Assembly: GCA_963842085.1 (NCBI GenBank)
Contig: CAWJET010000001.1
Location: 1,088,001 to 1,152,000 of the forward strand
Source: an uncultured delta proteobacterium
GTDB lineage: Bacteria; Desulfobacterota; Binatia; Binatales; Binataceae
DNA length: 64,000 nt
Direction of reading: 5' to 3'
Position 1 is the first letter of the stretch, and each line of letters starts with the position of its first letter. Positions 59,493-64,000 of this stretch are shown here, one piece after another. The notes under the pieces were generated by a model that did no database searches, was not told the DNA's origin, and was given only the letters and a program-made list of their open reading frames with translations. The position numbers and the translations under genes were made by a program.

Positions 59493-60863
59493 TTAAGCGG
59501 ATTGCTCTATCTCCGCCTGCGCCCGGGCGAGCATCTTCAGCTTGGTCAACAGGATGAATCCGCACAGCAGCGAGAACGCCGCGCAGAACATCACGGCCGA
59601 GCGCGGACTCAAATGCTCGCCGATATAGCCGACCGCCAAGCTGCCAATCGGCGCGCTGCCGATGAATGACAAGGTGTACATGCTCATCACGCGCCCGCGC
59701 AGTTCGTCCGACACGAACATCTGCAGGAGGGTGTTGGTCGTCACCATGTGATTCATCAGGCCGACGCCGATGAACATCTGGGCGAGCAGCGAAACCCACA
59801 TCCAGTTCGACAGGCCGAAGCCCGCGGTGGCAATCGCCATGCAAAAAATTCCGAACACCAGGTTCTGCCGCAACGCTTTGGGAGCAGCCGAGCGCGAGTT
59901 CATCACGATTGCGCTTATCACCGCGCCGAGCCCCTGCGCCGCCATCAGGAAGCCGTAGCCATGCGCGCCGACATGCAGCAGGTCACGTGCGAACACGGGG
60001 ATCAGCACCGAGTACTGCATCCCGATTCCCATGTTGATCGCGACCAGCACCAGCAGCCACAGGGTCGGGCGATGCCGCCAGACGTACGCCAGCCCGAGCC
60101 GCACCTGGCGCATCATGGTGGCGCCGAATTGGCGCCGCTCGCGGCGCGGCAGTTCCATCTGGAACAGGCTCCAGATGACGGCGAGGTAGCTGACGCCGTT
60201 GAGCATGAAGCAGCCGGCGACGCCGATCACGGCGATCGACAGGCCCGCGATCGCCGGTCCGATCATCCGCGCGCCGTTGAAGATCATCGAGTTCATCGCG
60301 ATCGCGTTGGGCAGGTCTTCGCGCCCCACCATCTCGACCACGAACGCCTGCCGGCCGGGCATGTCGAATGAGCTCACCAGCCCGTTGAGCGCAGCCAGCG
60401 CGATCACGTATTCGACCTTCACCGCGCCGGCCCACGTCAGTACTCCAAGCACGAACGCGCTGAGCATCAGGAGAGTCTGCGCGCCGATTATCAGGCGCCG
60501 CCGATCGACGTGATCGACCACCACTCCGGCGAACAGCGCGACCAGCACAATCGGCATGTAGCCGGCGAACGCGACGACGCCCAGCATCAGAGAAGAATTG
60601 GTGAGCTTGAGCACCAGCCATGCCTGCGCGACCGACTGCATCCAGGTGCCGATCAGCGAGATTAGCTGTCCGACGAAGAAGAGCCTGAAATTGCGATGCC
60701 GCAGCGCGCGGAAGGCCGTCAGCCGTCCGTTCCAGCTATCTTGCGCGGGCAGATCTCCGCCAGCTTCGTCCGCCTCGACGGCCTCTATTTCCGGCACCGT
60801 ATCGATGATCTTTTCTCCGCGACTTGGTGAACTCCCCCACTTTGCCAGAGCCGATTTAATCAA
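59493..60863 (-). CDS. MFS transporter (MFS_3 / H+ antiporter-like)
   Basis: FRALRHRNFRLFF.GQ.IS..GTWMQ, FD.PGRQAFV.EMV, LRGRVMS. About 12 TM segments. Confidence 0.92.
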   Translation of the reverse strand: MIKSALAKWGSSPSRGEKIIDTVPEIEAVEADEAGGDLPAQDSWNGRLTAFRALRHRNFRLFFVGQLISLIGTWMQSVAQAWLVLKLTNSSLMLGVVAFAGYMPIVLVALFAGVVVDHVDRRRLIIGAQTLLMLSAFVLGVLTWAGAVKVEYVIALAALNGLVSSFDMPGRQAFVVEMVGREDLPNAIAMNSMIFNGARMIGPAIAGLSIAVIGVAGCFMLNGVSYLAVIWSLFQMELPRRERRQFGATMMRQVRLGLAYVWRHRPTLWLLVLVAINMGIGMQYSVLIPVFARDLLHVGAHGYGFLMAAQGLGAVISAIVMNSRSAAPKALRQNLVFGIFCMAIATAGFGLSNWMWVSLLAQMFIGVGLMNHMVTTNTLLQMFVSDELRGRVMSMYTLSFIGSAPIGSLAVGYIGEHLSPRSAVMFCAAFSLLCGFILLTKLKMLARAQAEIEQSA

Positions 60864-60907
60864 TCGAGTGCCTTGCCGCGATCCTGGCCCTTTGCGACTC
60901 TCACCAC

Positions 60908-62815
60908 GTGACTAACGCACTCCTATCGCGAATCGAACTACGCTTTCTCGACGCCGCCGGCCGTCCGCGCACGCTCGGGCTCGTCGCGCCTTTCGCGGCG
61001 CACGAATCGAGCGCCGAGCGCGACGGCCTGACGCTCTCCGCCCGTGTGGAACACGCGCTCGGCGGCGCCATCGTGCGCGCGGCCATCGCCAATCGCGGCG
61101 CCAACGCCGTCCGGCTCACGTCCGCGATCTTCGAAGTCGAGACCGGCTTCGCGCCGACCGCACAGGCGCGATTCTTCAAGCACGGCTACCAGTCATGGAG
61201 CGCCTCGGGCGGCTACGACGTAGGCGGGTCGCAAACTCATCCGCGCGACACCGCCCATGTCATCATTCGCGTCAATCACCAAAGCGAGCCGGCGCGGCCG
61301 TCCGAATTTCCCGAGGCGCAGACCTCCGAACTTTTTACGATCGTCGAAAGCAGCAGTGCGGCGGAGCGCGTGCTGGCGGGATTCGTCGGCGCCGCCGCTT
61401 CGCTTTCAACTCTGACCATCACCAGTCCCGAAAAAATAATTGCCCGCGCGATCCTCGACGACGTGACCCTCGCGCCGGGCGCGCATCGCGAACTGGATCC
61501 GCTGTTCATCGCCGCCGCCGAAGATTCCGCCGCGCGCATGGCCGCGCGATGGGCCGACGCAACCGGGCGCTGGATGAACGCGCGCGTGAGTGCGCCGTTC
61601 CAGCGTGGATGGTGCTCCTGGTACCACTACTTTCACGCGATCACCGAGGACGCGCTGCGCGCCAACCTCAAGGCGCTCGAAGCGATGCGCTCCGAGTTCC
61701 CGCTGGACGTAATTCAGCTCGACGACGGCTTTCAGTCCGCGCTGGGCGACTGGGACACCACCAACGCGAAGTTTCCGGGCGGCCTGAAAAAAATCGCCGG
61801 CGAAATTCGCGCCGCGGGATTCAAGGCAGGCATCTGGACTGCGCCGTTCCTCGCCGCTCGCGACGCGCGCCTGATGATCGATCATCCCGACTGGTTCATC
61901 ATGCACGCAGAGACCAGCGAACCCGCTCGCGCCGGCTACAATCCGAACTGGACCACGAGCGACGACAAGTTCGCGTACGCGCTCGACGCGAGCAACCCGG
62001 CATTCCTCGCGCACCTGCGCCGCCTGTTCGCGAAGCTCACACGCGACTTCGGTTACTCGTATCTGAAACTCGATTTTCTTTACGCCGCCGCCGCGCCTAG
62101 CCGGCGTCACGACACAAGTCTCACGCGCGGCGAGACGTTGCGCCGCGGCCTCGAGGCGATTCGCGCCGGCGCCGGCGACGACGCATTCATCCTCGGATGC
62201 GGCTGCCCGATTGGCCAGGCGGTCGGCCTCGTGGACGGGATGCGCATCGGCCCCGACGTTTCGCCGTTCTGGGGCTCGACCGCTTCCGGAGCGGGCGACC
62301 CGTCAACGGTTTACGCGCTCGACGCGATCATCGCGCGCAGCTTCATACATCGGCGGCTGTGGCTGAACGACCCCGACTGTCTGATGCTGCGCGCGCGCGA
62401 AACTCGCCTCACCGCCGACGAGCGCGCAGCGCTGGCCGCAACTATCGCCGCCAGCGGTGGGATGCTCCTCATTTCCGACGACATGAGCCTGCTCGATGCC
62501 GAAGCGGAGAAATTGTTTCGCGCGGTTGCGGAAATCGCCGTCGAGATCGATTCCAACGCGGCGCGCGAACCGGTCCTCGCGCTCGATCTGATGGCCTCTG
62601 GCGATATCCGCGGGGTGATCACGCAAACTGACGCGGGTGCGGTCGCGATGCTTTTGAATCGCGGCGACTCGCCCGCGCGAGTGCAAACCTCCGATCTGAA
62701 CCTGGGCGCAGGTGAAACGGTCGCGCTCGATCTCGCCGTCGACGAGAAAATTGAAATATTCGATACGATCGATCTCCCGCCGCACTCTGCGCGCATCCTG
62801 CGCATCAAGCGCTAG
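60908..62815 (+). CDS. Glycoside hydrolase family 36 protein (alpha-galactosidase-like)
   Basis: GYQSWS, GWCSWY, IQLDDGFQ, YLKLDFLY, MRIGPDV, LNDPDCL. Confidence 0.9.
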   Translation: MTNALLSRIELRFLDAAGRPRTLGLVAPFAAHESSAERDGLTLSARVEHALGGAIVRAAIANRGANAVRLTSAIFEVETGFAPTAQARFFKHGYQSWSASGGYDVGGSQTHPRDTAHVIIRVNHQSEPARPSEFPEAQTSELFTIVESSSAAERVLAGFVGAAASLSTLTITSPEKIIARAILDDVTLAPGAHRELDPLFIAAAEDSAARMAARWADATGRWMNARVSAPFQRGWCSWYHYFHAITEDALRANLKALEAMRSEFPLDVIQLDDGFQSALGDWDTTNAKFPGGLKKIAGEIRAAGFKAGIWTAPFLAARDARLMIDHPDWFIMHAETSEPARAGYNPNWTTSDDKFAYALDASNPAFLAHLRRLFAKLTRDFGYSYLKLDFLYAAAAPSRRHDTSLTRGETLRRGLEAIRAGAGDDAFILGCGCPIGQAVGLVDGMRIGPDVSPFWGSTASGAGDPSTVYALDAIIARSFIHRRLWLNDPDCLMLRARETRLTADERAALAATIAASGGMLLISDDMSLLDAEAEKLFRAVAEIAVEIDSNAAREPVLALDLMASGDIRGVITQTDAGAVAMLLNRGDSPARVQTSDLNLGAGETVALDLAVDEKIEIFDTIDLPPHSARILRIKR

Positions 62816-62869
62816 CGGATAAATCGATCACGCTCGCACCCGGTCCAGCATGCAAGACGGCCTCCTAGG

Positions 62870-63094
62870 TCACTCTCTCAGCAATGCAAGGAATTCGCCG
62901 GGGCTCATTTCAACGGTCCGGAGAATAGCCCGGAGCGTCCCTCGATCGAGTTCTGGATGAAGTGGCACTGTTACCGGATTTCGATAGGGGCACGCCAAGC
63001 ACACGTGGCTCCCCTTTTGACGCGTCTGTCGATACCCCATCTTGCTCAGAGCGGCGATGCATTCACCGCCAGAAATGACGGGTAATCGGATCAC
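62870..63094 (-). CDS. hicA: HicA family toxin (mRNA interferase)
   Basis: RLPVISG...I.AL.K.GY...RQKGSH...VTVPLH.EL.RGTLRAILR. Confidence 0.9.
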   Translation of the reverse strand: MIRLPVISGGECIAALSKMGYRQTRQKGSHVCLACPYRNPVTVPLHPELDRGTLRAILRTVEMSPGEFLALLRE

Positions 63095-63573
63095 TGCTTC
63101 TGGCTTGGCACCAAGTGCAAGCCCGGCTTACGACGATTTCTCTGAGCTTTCTCACGGCTCCGCTTTTCGAATTTCTCGATTATTTCCTTGGCGAACGGTT
63201 CCGCCGCGCGAGCCAAGCCGGCGAGGCGATATTCGTTGGATTTATTTCCACCATTCGGGTATTTCCGCGCGACCCTCTCTAACAGTTTCCTTGATTCCAA
63301 GCGAGCGATTATCCGCTGGATCGACCGCGGACGCATTCGCATCCTGGTTGCTATAAGTCCTTTCGAAGGATACGGATGGCGCTCCGGGTCCCACCAGTGG
63401 TCCGCGATCTGCAGCAAGACGTTCAACTGAGTACTGCTGAGCCGAAGCTGATCTTGAAACTGAATTACCGCTGAGGGAAAGCCGACCCAACCGGCCCGCA
63501 TATTGAGCTTGCCCCACTTCCGGACGAGCTTATGTTCGTTCTGGTCCGCCGCGGCCTTTTCTTGCTTCTTCAT
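63091..63573 (-). CDS. Winged helix-turn-helix protein (replication-initiator-like HTH)
   Basis: KWG....AGW...P....Q..L.LS..QL.VLLQ....WW....PYPSK..IA.RM....R.IQR....LE...L.R..R....G..SN.Y.L.GL. Confidence 0.75.
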   Translation of the reverse strand: MKKQEKAAADQNEHKLVRKWGKLNMRAGWVGFPSAVIQFQDQLRLSSTQLNVLLQIADHWWDPERHPYPSKGLIATRMRMRPRSIQRIIARLESRKLLERVARKYPNGGNKSNEYRLAGLARAAEPFAKEIIEKFEKRSREKAQRNRRKPGLHLVPSQKQ

Positions 63574-63695
63574 AAGACCAGCGTAAGTGGTCGATTAGCC
63601 GCCAGCAAGATGAGGCCGGTTCTTTGGGGGAGACTTTAGGGTCTCGGGGGCTTTGTTGTAAGTTCTGTGTGGCTCGGTGATTGTGTGTTTAGAAA

Positions 63696-63992
63696 CTATG
63701 TTTTGGGAGACCGTAATGTCCTTCCCGAGGTGACCCGGCGGACGTTCCGGGGAGGCCTCACCGGTCTCCCCACTCTGCGCGCGTCGGCAATTTTAACGTG
63801 TGCAAGGTCGTAGTGGGATGCCAGTTCCCATCCTTCCTCAGCGCGGCTTTCGAGACACAACTCGATTGCTTCCCGGATATTGCGGAGTGCCTCCCTTCGC
63901 GTGCGGCCCTGGCTAATACAGCCCGGAATCACGGGGCACTCCGCAACTACGTATCCGTCATGCCCGGCGTTGAGTATAACTGGTAGATCCAT
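63696..63992 (-). CDS. hicB: HicB family antitoxin (short form) with an aberrant C-terminal read-through tail
   Basis: DGYVVAECPVIPGCISQGRTR.EAL.NIREAIELCLE. Similarity ends near VKIADA (~63780). Confidence 0.88.
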   Translation of the reverse strand: MDLPVILNAGHDGYVVAECPVIPGCISQGRTRREALRNIREAIELCLESRAEEGWELASHYDLAHVKIADARRVGRPVRPPRNVRRVTSGRTLRSPKT

Positions 63993-64000
63993 TTTTTCAG

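Overview
This 64 kb window is a high-GC bacterial chromosome segment. Gene content and paralog families suggest Candidatus Binatia/Binataceae, an inference I could not test by search. Most of it is housekeeping: gap/pgk-tpiA-secG-tRNA-Leu(GAG), tolQRAB-pal-cpoB-ribF, hemD::hemE-hemH-hemG-dinB, leuCD, rluD, rho, rpsB-tsf-pyrH-frr-uppS-cdsA-rseP-tsaB, ilvN-ilvC-psd-pssA-leuA-leuB-asd-like-truA, HU, rarA, type II PanK, a CoA-transferase pair, lolE-like, selA, an MFS transporter and a GH36. The accessory or unexplained parts are: (1) an AT-richer left-end island with a P63C gene coupled to a DUF3800 gene, followed directly by a strongly structured candidate ncRNA (best candidate for a new protein-RNA system); (2) a three-piece mosaic adenylate-cyclase/TPR pseudogene splitting gap from pgk; (3) two unexplained four-way-junction elements (~8.4 kb and ~50.1 kb); (4) a REP-associated tyrosine transposase with four GTGG-type REPs, followed by two small secreted paralogs with constant ends and variable middles; (5) a MITE-like insert with a 14-bp direct repeat between the CoA-transferase genes; (6) a leucine attenuator upstream of leuA; (7) a right-end hicB-HTH-hicA module where a winged-helix gene with a GGGAGAC-repeat hairpin region separates antitoxin from toxin. 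All calls come from motif recognition and manual base-pairing only.
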